NCBI GenBank assembly: GCA_964252075.1
Contig: CAXULY010000029.1
Coordinates: 1-64,000 of the forward strand
Direction: 5' to 3'
Length of the DNA: 64,000 nucleotides
Source of the DNA: an uncultured Deinococcaceae bacterium
Lineage (GTDB): Bacteria; Deinococcota; Deinococci; Deinococcales; Deinococcaceae
Made by a program: the position numbers and the translations under genes. This document shows positions 38,306 to 48,882 of this stretch, in pieces. Under the pieces are notes generated by a model. That model saw only the letters and a list, made by a program, of their open reading frames with translations, searched no databases and was not told the DNA's origin. How positions within the stretch are numbered: the first letter of the stretch is position 1; every line of letters begins with the position of its first letter.

Positions 38306-41300
38306 ATGCCGAAGCGCACGGACCTCAAAACCATCCTGATTCTCGGCAGCGGGCCCATTCAGATTGGGCAGGCGGCGGAGTTCGACTACTCGGGGACGCA
38401 GGCCCTCAAGGCCCTGCGCCGCGAGGGCTACCGCGTGGTGCTGGTGAACTCCAACCCCGCGACCATCATGACCGACCCGGACCTCGCGGACGCCACGTAC
38501 CTGGAGCCCCTCACGCCGGAATTCGTGGAGCGCGTGATCGCCGCCGAGCGTCCGGACGCCCTGCTGCCCACCCTGGGCGGCCAGACTGCCCTGAACCTCG
38601 CCATGGACCTCTTCGAGCGCGGCACGCTGGAGCAGTACGGTGTGCAGCTGATCGGCGCGGGCGTGGAGGCCATCAAGAAGGGCGAGGACCGCGAGCTCTT
38701 CCAGGCCGCCATGCAGAAGATCGGCGTGGAAACCGCGCGCGGCAAGATGGTGCACAGCATGGAGGAGGCCATCGAGTTCCAGAAGGAACTCGGCCTGCCC
38801 GTGGTCATCCGGCCCAGCTTCACGCTCGGCGGGACGGGCGGCGGCATCGCGCACACCTACGAGGAGTTCCTGGCGATCACCGAGGGTGGCCTGCGCGACA
38901 GCCCCGTCACGTCCGTCCTGCTGGAAGAGAGCATCCTGGGCTGGAAGGAATACGAGCTGGAGGTCATGCGCGACACCGCCGACACGGTGGTGATCATCAC
39001 CGGAATCGAGAACTTCGACCCGATGGGCGTGCATACGGGCGACAGCATCACGGTGGCGCCCGCGCAGACGCTGAGCGACGTGGAGTACCAGCGCCTGCGC
39101 GACCAGTCGCAGGCCATCATTCGCGAGATTGGCGTGGACACGGGCGGCAGCAACATCCAGTTCGCGGTGAACCCCAAAGACGGGCGCGTCATCGTGATTG
39201 AGATGAACCCGCGCGTGAGCCGCAGCTCCGCGCTCGCGAGCAAGGCGACGGGCTTCCCCATCGCGAAGATCGCGGCGCTCCTCGCGGTGGGCTACCACCT
39301 GGAGGAGCTGCCGAACGACATCACGCGCGTGACGCCCGCCGCCTTCGAGCCCACCATCGATTACGTGGTCACGAAGATCCCGCGTTTCGCCTTCGAGAAG
39401 TTCCCCGGCACGCCCGACGCGCTGGGCACGCAGATGCGCAGCGTGGGCGAGGTGATGGCGATTGGCCGGACCTTCAAGGAGAGCCTGCAGAAGGCCCTGC
39501 GCAGCACGGAGAGCGACGTGCGCGGTCAGTACGCCGAGATGGACGAGGACGCCCTGCGCGCCCTGCTGTACCCCAACCCGCGCCGCCTGGAGGCCGTGAT
39601 CGAGCTGCTGCGGCGCGGCGAGACGCTGGACGCGCTGTTCGACGCGACCAAGATCGACCGCTGGTTCCTGAGTCAGCTGAAGGAGATCACGGACGCCGAG
39701 CGGGAGATCCTGGAACTGGGGCCGGTCGAGTCCTGGAAGTACGAGATCTGGCGTGAGGTGAAGCGCCTGGGCTTCAGCGACGCGCGCCTGGGGGAACTGC
39801 TGGGCCTGGGTGAGCTGGAGGTGCGCGACATCCGCAAGGCGGCCAGGGCCACGCCCGTGTACAAGACGGTGGACACCTGCGCCGCGGAGTTCGAGGCGTA
39901 CACGCCGTACCACTACAGCACCTACGAGTGGGAGGACGAGGTGCGCGGCACGGACAAACCCAAGGTGGTCATCCTGGGGAGCGGCCCGAACCGCATCGGG
40001 CAGGGCGTGGAGTTCGATTACGCCACCGTGCACGCCGTGTGGGCGCTGCAGGAGGCGGGGTACGAGACCATCATGGTGAACTCCAACCCGGAGACGGTCA
40101 GCACCGACTACGACACCGCGGACCGCCTGTACTTCGAGCCGCTCACTTTCGAGGACGTGATGAACATCGTGGAGCACGAGAACCCCGTCGGGGTGATCGT
40201 GCAGCTGGGCGGGCAGACGCCCCTGAAGCTCGCGCGGCGGCTGGAGGCGGCGGGCGCGCCCATCATCGGGACCTCGCCCGCCGCGATTCACGAGGCGGAG
40301 GACCGCGCGAGCTTCAACGCGCTGTGCGAGCGCCTGGGCCTCATGCAGCCGCGCGGCAAGGTCGCGGCGGACGCGCGGGAGGCCGTTCAGCTCGCCACCG
40401 AACTGGGCTTCCCGCTCATGGCGCGCCCCAGCTACGTGCTGGGTGGGCGCGCCATGCGGACGGTCCGCAGCATGGACGAACTGACCACCTACCTGAACGA
40501 GGTGTACGCCGCCGTGGAGGGCCAGCCCAGCATCCTGCTGGATCAGTTCCTAGAGGGCGCGCTGGAACTGGACGTGGACACCCTGTGTGACGGCGAGCGC
40601 GCGGTGGTGGCGGGCATCATGGAGCACGTGGAGGCGGCGGGCGTGCACAGCGGCGACAGCGCCTGCGTGCTGCCTCCCGTGCACCTCAGCATGGACGTGC
40701 TGGCGCAGGTGAAGGCCGACACGGAACGCCTCGCGCTGGCGCTGGGCGTGAAGGGCCTCATGAACGTGCAGTGGGCGGTCAAGGACGGCGTGCCGTACAT
40801 CCTGGAGGCGAACCCGCGCGCGAGCCGCACGGTGCCCTTCGTGAGCAAGGCGGTGGGGCACGCCCTCGCGAAATCCGCGGCGCGCATCGCGGTCGGGCAG
40901 ACCCTGGAGCAGATCGGCTTCACCGAGACGCCCACGCCCGCCATGTACAGCGTGAAGGAGGTGCACCTGCCCTTCCTGAAGTTCCGGGGCGTGCAGCCCA
41001 CCCTGGGCCCGGAGATGAAGAGCACCGGCGAGAGCATGGGCATCGACGCCGACCCGTACCTCGCGTACTACCGCGCGGAGCTGGGCGCCAAGAGCAACCT
41101 CCCGCGCAGCGGCACCGCCCTGCTGCTCGGCGACGGGCTGGACGACGTGGCGGCGCTCCTCGCGGAGGCGGGCCTGCGCGTGATCCGCGCGCAGGAGGGA
41201 GGCGCCCTGCCGGACCTGCTGATTGACGTGACGGGCAGCCCCCTGCTGCGCACCGCCCTGGAACGGGGCGTACCGATCGTCTCGACGCACGAGGGCGCCC

Positions 41301-41380
41301 TGTGGACGGCGCGCGCCATGAAGGCCGCGCACGGCCGGCAGCTGGGCGTGACGAGCTTGCAGAGGTGGCTAAACTCATAA
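38306..41380 (+). CDS. carB: Carbamoyl-phosphate synthase large subunit
   Basis: [81 protein letters not shown]. Confidence 0.97.
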   Translation: MPKRTDLKTILILGSGPIQIGQAAEFDYSGTQALKALRREGYRVVLVNSNPATIMTDPDLADATYLEPLTPEFVERVIAAERPDALLPTLGGQTALNLAMDLFERGTLEQYGVQLIGAGVEAIKKGEDRELFQAAMQKIGVETARGKMVHSMEEAIEFQKELGLPVVIRPSFTLGGTGGGIAHTYEEFLAITEGGLRDSPVTSVLLEESILGWKEYELEVMRDTADTVVIITGIENFDPMGVHTGDSITVAPAQTLSDVEYQRLRDQSQAIIREIGVDTGGSNIQFAVNPKDGRVIVIEMNPRVSRSSALASKATGFPIAKIAALLAVGYHLEELPNDITRVTPAAFEPTIDYVVTKIPRFAFEKFPGTPDALGTQMRSVGEVMAIGRTFKESLQKALRSTESDVRGQYAEMDEDALRALLYPNPRRLEAVIELLRRGETLDALFDATKIDRWFLSQLKEITDAEREILELGPVESWKYEIWREVKRLGFSDARLGELLGLGELEVRDIRKAARATPVYKTVDTCAAEFEAYTPYHYSTYEWEDEVRGTDKPKVVILGSGPNRIGQGVEFDYATVHAVWALQEAGYETIMVNSNPETVSTDYDTADRLYFEPLTFEDVMNIVEHENPVGVIVQLGGQTPLKLARRLEAAGAPIIGTSPAAIHEAEDRASFNALCERLGLMQPRGKVAADAREAVQLATELGFPLMARPSYVLGGRAMRTVRSMDELTTYLNEVYAAVEGQPSILLDQFLEGALELDVDTLCDGERAVVAGIMEHVEAAGVHSGDSACVLPPVHLSMDVLAQVKADTERLALALGVKGLMNVQWAVKDGVPYILEANPRASRTVPFVSKAVGHALAKSAARIAVGQTLEQIGFTETPTPAMYSVKEVHLPFLKFRGVQPTLGPEMKSTGESMGIDADPYLAYYRAELGAKSNLPRSGTALLLGDGLDDVAALLAEAGLRVIRAQEGGALPDLLIDVTGSPLLRTALERGVPIVSTHEGALWTARAMKAAHGRQLGVTSLQRWLNS

Positions 41381-41391
41381 CAGTTTGTAAA

Positions 41392-41427
41392 AATGAAGAC
41401 TATATCTATATAGATATAGTCTTCATT
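41392..41427. repeat. Perfect 36-bp palindrome, probably a bidirectional terminator
   Basis: AATGAAGACTATATCTATATAGATATAGTCTTCATT is its own reverse complement and lies between convergent genes. Confidence 0.85.
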
Positions 41428-41487
41428 GATTTTAACTATTTCTTTAAGCGGTTAGGGAGACGTTACGACATACAGTATTAGACATGA

Positions 41488-42411
41488 TTATTTGTTTCTA
41501 ACACCGAATGGTATATGTATTGATGGCAGATGACTCGACTCCTCTTGAAGGTGGGTCATTTGATCGTCGAAAAATATATGCGGCTGAAGAACATTCAAAA
41601 CGCTGGCTTTGCTTATTCCTCCAAGAAGCATGATATCGTCTACCTCAATTCCCCATTGCTCTAAGGTCGTGAATAATCTATGGTGTGATGGAGTGTTACG
41701 CGCAGTAACTATAGCGATTCGCAATCTCCTCTTGTATGAAGGTTCGTCAAGAGCAAGTTGCTCTTCTATATCTCTTATGTTGCTTAACGCTTTAAAAAAT
41801 CCTCCTAACGGCCCGGGATTGTGAGGTAAAGCAGCGAGCTCTCTTTCGTACTCGTGAAATCTCTGAAGAATGCCTGACTGAGCGTACACGATTTCTGACT
41901 CATCATCGGCGATCACTCCATCGAAATCAAAGGCTATTCTTAGTTCTCTTCCTTCGTAGGGAATAATATCTCGCCCTGGCAGAGCTAATCCTGCTGGGTA
42001 TCCGGCTAAAACTGCCTGCTTCACATCCAGATTATTTGCCGATAGAAAAAGATCCACATGGAGTGGTTTTATATAGTCTAGCGGAGAACGACCGCTAAGA
42101 AACAGGGCACGTGATATGTCTAATCCATACTGCTCTACAGAATTTAAAATTCGGTACCCACTATAAGGATCGTTTCTGGATAAAATTATTACTTCTACGA
42201 TGGTCCCTTTACCTATCTCGTTTAATTCCAATAACTTTTCCACAAAGTGAAAAGCCGTACCGTAGCCGAGTGGCTCTAGACGCCTCTGTTTCTGCAAGTC
42301 CTTATACGCTTTTATACCATCTGACCTAAATACTGTATCTTCTTCAGATAGGTCAAACAGTGCGCTCGACGTCACAGCTATTACAAGTTTATCTTCTAGA
42401 GAATAAGGCAT
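41488..42411 (-). CDS. 5'-nucleotidase family protein (cN-I-like, HAD fold)
   Basis: LVIAVTSSALFDL, DLFLSAN, ELRIAFDFDGVIADDESE, IAIVTAR, PHIFFDDQ, HIPFG. Confidence 0.87.
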   Translation of the reverse strand: MPYSLEDKLVIAVTSSALFDLSEEDTVFRSDGIKAYKDLQKQRRLEPLGYGTAFHFVEKLLELNEIGKGTIVEVIILSRNDPYSGYRILNSVEQYGLDISRALFLSGRSPLDYIKPLHVDLFLSANNLDVKQAVLAGYPAGLALPGRDIIPYEGRELRIAFDFDGVIADDESEIVYAQSGILQRFHEYERELAALPHNPGPLGGFFKALSNIRDIEEQLALDEPSYKRRLRIAIVTARNTPSHHRLFTTLEQWGIEVDDIMLLGGISKASVLNVLQPHIFFDDQMTHLQEESSHLPSIHIPFGVRNK

Positions 42412-42852
42412 ATCTACTCTTTCACAAATCAGAATTTTGGAGCGGGTAATCCCCCTTGGCTAGCGGGTTTTCCAGAATATCTATAGATCTTTATACATGG
42501 AACCACCAGTGGGAATGGGTGCGAAGTTGCGCAATCGGAAGGGGGCAATTTATAAAACAGTTAGACGTAAGGCCTCCGTGCTCAAACTAGGGTGAACGGG
42601 AGCTGTAACATGCAGACGGTCAGGCCGAGTCGCCGTAGTAGGAGGATTAAGAAGTTTGCTACTAGAGCCCAGGTGTTTCAGTTAGTATGGTCACCTCATA
42701 AGTCGATTGGGAAAACCAGTCTATAAATGCGATTTTTGATTACTTATTAATATATTTGAGATCAGACAAAATTGACAACCTCTTTTCAGCCTCGCCCACC
42801 TTCGTGACCTCCGCCCCTCCACCTGCCCCCACTGTCGTGACACAGTGAGCGC

Positions 42853-43605
42853 ATGAGCGTTCCCCTCTCTCCCCTGCCCGCCCGCACCCGCCTGCGCGTG
42901 GATGTGTGGTCCGACGTCGCGTGCCCCTGGTGCTATATTGGGAAGCGGCGCCTAGAGGCGGCCCTCGCGCAGTTCCCCGAGCGCGATCAGGTGGACGTGG
43001 TGTGGCACAGCTTCGAGCTGGACCCGGACGCGCCCGCGCACAGCGACGCCAGCATGCGCGACGTGCTGGCCGGCAAGTACGGGCGCGGCGCGGCGGAGGC
43101 GCAGGGCATGCTGGACCACGTGACCCGCACGGCCGCGCAGGATGGCCTGGAATACCACTTCGAGCGGGCGCGGCCCGCCAACACCTTCCTGGCGCACCAG
43201 CTGGTGCATCTGGGTGCGGCGCGCGGGCGGCAGGACGCCGTGAAGGAGCGCCTGCTGCGCGCGCACTTCACGGAGGGGGAGCCCCTGGGTGACCCGGAGA
43301 CGCTGGTGCGCCTTGCGGCAGAGGCGGGCCTGGACGCCGGGGAGGCGCGCGACGCCCTGCGGGACGGAACTCACGCCGGGGCGGTGCGGGCGGACGAGGC
43401 GCAGGCGCGCGCCTACGGCATTTCGGGCGTGCCGTTCTTCGTGCTGGATGGGCGCTACGGCGTGAGCGGCGCGCAGCCCGCCGAGGTGCTGCGTGGAGCG
43501 CTCGCGCAGGTGTGGGCGGAGGTCGCTGCTCCCGTCGCGGTCGGGGACGCGGAGGCCTGTGGGGACGGTCAGTGCGCTGTGCCCGGGGTGAACGACCTGG
43601 CGTAG
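42853..43605 (+). CDS. frnE: FrnE-like DsbA-family oxidoreductase
   Basis: VWSDVACPWCYIGKRR, GISGVPFF, SGAQP; C-terminal CGDGQC. Confidence 0.85.
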   Translation: MSVPLSPLPARTRLRVDVWSDVACPWCYIGKRRLEAALAQFPERDQVDVVWHSFELDPDAPAHSDASMRDVLAGKYGRGAAEAQGMLDHVTRTAAQDGLEYHFERARPANTFLAHQLVHLGAARGRQDAVKERLLRAHFTEGEPLGDPETLVRLAAEAGLDAGEARDALRDGTHAGAVRADEAQARAYGISGVPFFVLDGRYGVSGAQPAEVLRGALAQVWAEVAAPVAVGDAEACGDGQCAVPGVNDLA

Positions 43606-43702
43606 GAGGGCGTCAGCCCACGGACACCCAGCATGAGCTGACTGCACTGTGGTCTTTGGCTTTCACTCACGGCGCGCTCATTGCGAGTATTCTCATGGAC
43701 AG

Positions 43703-44779
43703 GTGCGTGCCCGGCGTTCTAACAGTCCCGAAGTCAAGGTCGCGGAGATAGACCCGCAGGTGTCCGCGCGCCATCGTCTGCTCCTCGGCATGCTGGGGGT
43801 GGGGCTGGCCGCGAGCGCCCTGGCGTTCCTCACGCAGCTGCCGCACGTGGACCCGCTGGACGTGGTGGCGCTGCCGCTGCTGTTCGGGGCGCTGCTCGTC
43901 GCGCTGATCGGGGCGCTCACTGGCCGCTTCAGCACCGACCTGGGTGCCCGCACCGCGTACATCGTGCTGGCGGCGTACATGCTGCTGTCCCTGAATTACC
44001 AGCTGCTGGTCATCAGCCCGCACACGCACGTGCTGAGCGAGGCGACCTACTGGTTCGCGGTGGTGTACTGCACGGCCTTCATGGCGTGGGACGGTCGCGC
44101 GGCGGCCCGCGTGGCGGGCGCGACCTTCGTGCTCAGCGCCGTCTCGGCGCTGGTGGGCGTCCTGCACTTGGCGATGAGCGGCGCGCTCTCGCCGCGCCTG
44201 GTGGGGTACCTCATTCAGCTGAACGCGGCGGGCCTCGCGGCCATTCTGCTGCTGCACCACATCTCGTCGCTGCGCGAGCAGTACGGCGAGGTGCGGCGCG
44301 TGTCGCGCCTGGACGCCCTCACGGGGTTCTTCAACCGCGGGTACGGGGAGGAGCTGCTGGAGGCGGCGTGCGCGGGCGGGCGTCCCCTCGCGCTGATCCT
44401 CTTCGACCTGGATCACTTCAAGCAGGTGAACGACGTGTACGGTCACCAGGCGGGCGACCGGGTGCTGCGGGCCGCGGCGCGCGCCGTGCTGGGCCGCCTC
44501 CCGCCGGGCGGGCACGCGGTGCGCTGGGGCGGCGAGGAATTCCTGCTGATCCTGCCGGGCCTCGACCAGCAGACGGCGCGGCACCTCGCGGAGCTGATGC
44601 GCGGCCAGATCGCGACCCTGCACCGCGTGACGGACATCGAGCGCGTCACCGCGAGTTTCGGGGTGGTGGTGCGCCGCAGCAACGAACTGCCGGACGCCCT
44701 GCTGCGCCGCGCGGACGGCGCGCTGTACCGCGCGAAGGAGCTGGGCCGCAACCGCGTGCGGACCCCCACCATGTTCTGA
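43703..44779 (+). CDS. Membrane-bound diguanylate cyclase (GGDEF domain)
   Basis: About six TM helices; DALTG..NR, DLDHFKQVNDVYGHQAGD, RWGGEEF, ADGALYRAKELGRN. Start codon uncertain. Confidence 0.88.
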   Translation: MRARRSNSPEVKVAEIDPQVSARHRLLLGMLGVGLAASALAFLTQLPHVDPLDVVALPLLFGALLVALIGALTGRFSTDLGARTAYIVLAAYMLLSLNYQLLVISPHTHVLSEATYWFAVVYCTAFMAWDGRAAARVAGATFVLSAVSALVGVLHLAMSGALSPRLVGYLIQLNAAGLAAILLLHHISSLREQYGEVRRVSRLDALTGFFNRGYGEELLEAACAGGRPLALILFDLDHFKQVNDVYGHQAGDRVLRAAARAVLGRLPPGGHAVRWGGEEFLLILPGLDQQTARHLAELMRGQIATLHRVTDIERVTASFGVVVRRSNELPDALLRRADGALYRAKELGRNRVRTPTMF

Positions 44780-44900
44780 CGGACACCGGGGCCGCCCGTG
44801 AGCGGGGATGCACGGGCGCGCCATGCGCGATGTCACATGAAGAACGTGAGGTGAAGGACTACACTGGTCGCAATCTGGGGCCCGGCTTCCAGACGTTGCC

Positions 44901-46007
44901 ATGAGAAAGCGTCTTCCCGGTGATGTGCGGGCCCTCCCTGATGACAGCGTGGGGGTCGCCGAACCCTGGCGTGACCTGCGCCGCCTGATCTTCCTGGGCG
45001 TGGCGCCCTTCTCGGCGGCGGCGGCGCTCTTCGGGGTGTTCATCCAGGGGCCCAGCGTGAACCGCCTGGACGCCGTCATGCTGCCCATCATCGCGGCGGC
45101 GCTGATGCTGCTGGCGGTGCTGGTGTGGGTCCGGCGCAGCTCCGTGGAGCAGGCCTTCGGGGTGCTGTACACGCTGCTCGCGTGTTACTTCGTGCTGATG
45201 CTGGAAGAGCAGTACCGCCTGAACGTGGGCGCGTGGCAGCACCTGAGCGACGCGAACTACTGGTACGCGGTGGTGTACTGCCTGGCGTTCCTGGCGTGGG
45301 ACACGCGGCGCGCGGCGATCATCACGGGCGTCACGTTCCTGCTGACGGTCCTCGCGGCGCTGGTGTCGCTGCCGGGCCTGCGCGCGCACGATCAGCTGAC
45401 GGTGGGGCTCATCAGCACCATGGTGCAGTTCTACCTGGCGAGCCTGGTGGTGGCGGCGCTCCTGACAGGCTTCGCGGTGCTGAAGGAACGCACGCAGCAG
45501 CTGCGGCTCATGGCGTACATGGATTTCCTGACGAACCTCCCCAACCGCCGTCACGCGGAGGCGCTGCTGGAGCGCCTGGAGGGCGGGCGGCGGCTGGCGG
45601 TCGTGATGATGGACGTGGATCACTTCAAGCGCATCAACGACCGCTTCGGCCACCAGGCGGGCGACCTGGTGCTGCGCGAGATCGGGGAGGTGGTGGGGCG
45701 TCACCTGCGGCCGGGCTGGTGCCTGGCGCGCTGGGGCGGCGAGGAGTTCCTGCTGATCCTGCCGGGCCTGGATGACCTGGACGCCCTCGCGGTGAGTGAG
45801 CGGGCGCGGCAGGCGATTGAGCGCCACGCGTTTGATGAGGTGGGGGGCGTCACCGCGAGTTTCGGGGTGGCGGAGCGCCTGCCGGGCGAGGCGAGCGCGC
45901 AGGTGCTGCGGCGCGCGGACGCCGCGCTTTACCGCGCGAAGAACGGCGGGCGCAACCGCTGCGTGACCGCCGACCTGGACCTGCCCACCGAGGTGCTGGC
46001 GGGCTGA
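44901..46007 (+). CDS. Membrane-bound diguanylate cyclase (GGDEF domain), paralog of the upstream gene
   Basis: DFLTNLPNRR, DVDHFKRINDRFGHQAGD, RWGGEEF, ADAALYRAKNGGRN. Confidence 0.9.
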   Translation: MRKRLPGDVRALPDDSVGVAEPWRDLRRLIFLGVAPFSAAAALFGVFIQGPSVNRLDAVMLPIIAAALMLLAVLVWVRRSSVEQAFGVLYTLLACYFVLMLEEQYRLNVGAWQHLSDANYWYAVVYCLAFLAWDTRRAAIITGVTFLLTVLAALVSLPGLRAHDQLTVGLISTMVQFYLASLVVAALLTGFAVLKERTQQLRLMAYMDFLTNLPNRRHAEALLERLEGGRRLAVVMMDVDHFKRINDRFGHQAGDLVLREIGEVVGRHLRPGWCLARWGGEEFLLILPGLDDLDALAVSERARQAIERHAFDEVGGVTASFGVAERLPGEASAQVLRRADAALYRAKNGGRNRCVTADLDLPTEVLAG

Positions 46008-46020
46008 GGGCGGGCGGTTT

Positions 46021-47139
46021 TCAGCGGCTGCGCGCGGCGGCCAGCGCGAGGGCGCGCGCGGCGTGCTCGATGTCCTCCGTGGTGGTCTGCGGCCCGAAGC
46101 TGAAGCGCAGGCTGGCGCGGGCGTCGGCGTCGCTGAGGCCCTGCGCCGTCAGGACGTGACTGGGCAGCGTGGTGCCCGCCGCGCAGGCGCTCCCGGTGGA
46201 CGCGAACACCCCCTCCAGGTCGAGGTTCATGAGGAGCGCCTCGCCGTCCGCGCCGTGCACGGTGACGTTCACGACCTTCGGGCTGCCTTCCGGCGGGTGG
46301 TTGAAGCTGAGGTCCGGCACGTCCGCGAGGGCCGCCACGAGGTGCCCCTGCAGGGCGCGCAGGTGCGCGTGCGTGCGCGGCTGCGACGCGACCGCCTCGC
46401 GCAGCGCAACGCCCGCCGCGTACACGCCTGGCACGTTCTGCGTGCCCGCGCGCAGGCCGCGCTCCTGGTGCCCGCCCGCGAGGAGCGGCGGGAGGTCCAG
46501 GCCGCGGCGCACGAACAGCGCGCCCACGCCCTTCGGGCCGCCCCACTTGTGCGCGCTGAAACTCGCGAGGTCCACGCTCCAGGCGCGCAGGTCCACGGGG
46601 AGCACGCCGGGGGACTGCACGGCGTCCGTGTGCATGAGCGCGCCGCCCGCGTGCGCGACCTCCGCCATGGCGGTCACGTCCTGCACGGCGCCCGTCTCGT
46701 TGTTCGCGTGGTGGATGCTCACCAGGAAGGTGTCCGCGCGCAGGGCCTCGCGCACCTGCTCGGGGTGCAGGCGCCCCAGACGGTCCGGGCGCAGGTACGT
46801 GACGGGGTGCCCGCGCGCCTCCAGCACGCGCGCGGGCGCGAGCACCGCGCTGTGCTCGGTGAGGCTCGTGACGAGGTGCCCGCCGGGGTGCAGGTCCGCG
46901 AGGGCCAGCAGGGCGTGGTTGTCGCCCTCGGTGCCGCCGCCGTTCAGGATGACGTCCAGCGGGCCCGCGCCGAGCGCGGCGGCCATGAGGGCGCGGCCTT
47001 CCTCCAGCCACTCTCGCGCGCGCTGGCCGGCGCGGTGCACGCTCGCGGCGTTGCCGGGGTGCGCGGCCGCCTGCGCGTACGCCGCGAGGGCGGCGGGCGT
47101 CATGGGGGCGGTGGCGGCGTAATCGAGGTAGACGTCCAT
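46021..47139 (-). CDS. Cysteine desulfurase (IscS/NifS type)
   Basis: VYLDYAATAP, GGTEGDN, TEHSAV, NNETG, HTDAVQ, SAHKWGGPKGVG, STGSAC. True start is ATG 47139. Confidence 0.92.
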   Translation of the reverse strand: MDVYLDYAATAPMTPAALAAYAQAAAHPGNAASVHRAGQRAREWLEEGRALMAAALGAGPLDVILNGGGTEGDNHALLALADLHPGGHLVTSLTEHSAVLAPARVLEARGHPVTYLRPDRLGRLHPEQVREALRADTFLVSIHHANNETGAVQDVTAMAEVAHAGGALMHTDAVQSPGVLPVDLRAWSVDLASFSAHKWGGPKGVGALFVRRGLDLPPLLAGGHQERGLRAGTQNVPGVYAAGVALREAVASQPRTHAHLRALQGHLVAALADVPDLSFNHPPEGSPKVVNVTVHGADGEALLMNLDLEGVFASTGSACAAGTTLPSHVLTAQGLSDADARASLRFSFGPQTTTEDIEHAARALALAAARSR

Positions 47140-48836
47140 CACGGGTTGAAGGTCGCGTAGTCCTGCCCGTTCACGCGCACCACGAAGGTCGCGTCGCCGC
47201 GCACCGTTACGGGGCCTTCCGCGACGGACCCCGCGAGCGCGGTGCTGGACTGCTGGCCCACCACCGCGCGCTCGCCATCGAGGTCCCGCACCACGATCTC
47301 CACCGTCCCGGCGGGCAGGTCGAGCGGGAAGGTGTAGCGCAGCTGCACCGTGCGCGATTCGGGCGCGGCGTCGCTGGTGCCCGCCGTCTGGCTGTCGGGC
47401 GGCGTGGCGGGAATGCTGTCGGGCGTGACGGCCCCCGCGTCCTGGCCGGTGGTGCTGTCGGGCAGGGTGGCGGTGTTCGCGTCGGCGGGCGGCTGCGTGG
47501 GCGCCGGGGCGGGCGGGGGTGGCGGCGGGGGAGCGAGCGGCAGGCTGTCCACGGGGCGGCTGGGGCCGCTGCGCGGCGTGCGCGCGAGCGTGAGCGTCAC
47601 GGGGGAACCCACGTCCACCTTTTCGTAGGGTTTGGGGCTCTGCGCCAGCACGGTGTTCTCGGGCGCGTCGGAGTCCTGCGTCTGCACGCGGTTCACGACG
47701 AGGCCCGCCTTGCGCGCCATGTCGCGCGCCTGCTCGAAACTCAGGCCCGCGAGGGGCGGCAGCCACGTCTGCTGCGCGGCGGTGCCGCCGGACACCAGCA
47801 GCGTGACGCTCTGCCCGCGCTGCGCGGTGGCGCCCGCCTCCGGCAGCTGCGCGATCACGCGGCCCTTGGGGGTGCCCGTCTCGCTGCCCTGGATGACCGT
47901 GACCTTGCCGAGCTTCAGGCGGTTCTCGGCGAGTGCGGCGCGCACTTGGTCGAGGTTCAGCTCCGCGAGTTTCGGCACGGTGAGGGGCGGGGGGTTGTTC
48001 ACGGTGAGGGTCACGAGGCGCCCCGCGTGCAGGCTGGACCCGGCGGGCGGGTTCTGGCTGATGACCGTCCCGAGGTCCTGGTTGGGGTTCTCGCCGTCCA
48101 CGAAGGCCACCCGGTAGCCCTGGTCACTCATGAGGGTCGCGGCGGCCTTCGCGCGCTTCCCGCTCACGTCCGGCACGTCCGTCACGACCGGATTCAGGTA
48201 CACCTTCGCGGCCTCCACCCCGATGTACCCCGCGCCCGTGAGGAGGCCCAGGCCGGGAATAATGCTCAGCAGGAACAGCCCGAAGCTCACGCGGCGGCGG
48301 CGGCGGCGCAGGCGCCCGGAGCCCAGGCGCGCGAGCAGGGGCGCGTTGCGCGCGTCGGCCTCCTCGGGCGTGCGGGCGAGCGGCGCGAGGCGCGCGAGTT
48401 CCGGCTCGCCGTCCACCAGCACGATCTCGGCGTCCTCGGCGGCGTAGCCGTGTGCGGCGAGGCGCGCGATCAGGTCGCGCAGCGCCTGCGCGCTCTCCGC
48501 GTCGCGCGTGGGCAGGGACAGGAAGTCCGCGAGCGGCGTGCCCGCCAGGGGGCGCCACACCGTGTAGTACGCGCCGGGGCGCGTCACGACGTCCGCGAGG
48601 CCCAGCGGGTCCAGATCGCGCAGCGCCTGACGGTAGGTGTGGAAGGTCGCGCGGGACGCGGGCGTGGTCGCCTCGAACCACCCGAGGCGCCAGCCGTCCT
48701 CGCTGGCCTGCGCGGTCACGCCGTCGGGCGCCAGCGCGTCCGGCGCGACGGCGTACAGGGTCTCCGGGCCCTCCCGGCCCAGTTCCGCCACGACCTCGTA
48801 CTTGCCGTCGATGTGCTGGCCTTCCGTGCGCGTCAT
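47139..48836 (-). CDS. PASTA-domain membrane protein with a degenerate kinase-like N-terminus
   Basis: IDGKYEVVAELG, a single TM helix after a poly-Arg run, three PASTA repeats (VPDVSG..GTVISQNP..G..VTL.V), Pro-rich linker. Confidence 0.8.
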   Translation of the reverse strand: MTRTEGQHIDGKYEVVAELGREGPETLYAVAPDALAPDGVTAQASEDGWRLGWFEATTPASRATFHTYRQALRDLDPLGLADVVTRPGAYYTVWRPLAGTPLADFLSLPTRDAESAQALRDLIARLAAHGYAAEDAEIVLVDGEPELARLAPLARTPEEADARNAPLLARLGSGRLRRRRRRVSFGLFLLSIIPGLGLLTGAGYIGVEAAKVYLNPVVTDVPDVSGKRAKAAATLMSDQGYRVAFVDGENPNQDLGTVISQNPPAGSSLHAGRLVTLTVNNPPPLTVPKLAELNLDQVRAALAENRLKLGKVTVIQGSETGTPKGRVIAQLPEAGATAQRGQSVTLLVSGGTAAQQTWLPPLAGLSFEQARDMARKAGLVVNRVQTQDSDAPENTVLAQSPKPYEKVDVGSPVTLTLARTPRSGPSRPVDSLPLAPPPPPPPAPAPTQPPADANTATLPDSTTGQDAGAVTPDSIPATPPDSQTAGTSDAAPESRTVQLRYTFPLDLPAGTVEIVVRDLDGERAVVGQQSSTALAGSVAEGPVTVRGDATFVVRVNGQDYATFNP

Positions 48837-48882
48837 CCGGGCCACAGTATAGGGTCGGAACTTGAGAGGAAGGTCTTCGGTC

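Larger units (their letters stand above)
41370..42790. other. AT-rich, probably horizontally acquired islet
   Basis: Abrupt drop to about 40% GC (visual estimate) against about 70% on both flanks; no mobility gene seen. Confidence 0.8.

Noticed and set aside
41392..41427. Palindrome as a protelomerase (hairpin telomere) target
   Set aside because: No telomere resolvase gene is in the window, and the position between convergent genes is explained by termination.
46021..47766. 581-aa extended cysteine desulfurase
   Set aside because: The extension overlaps the PASTA gene out of frame; homology begins at ATG 47139.
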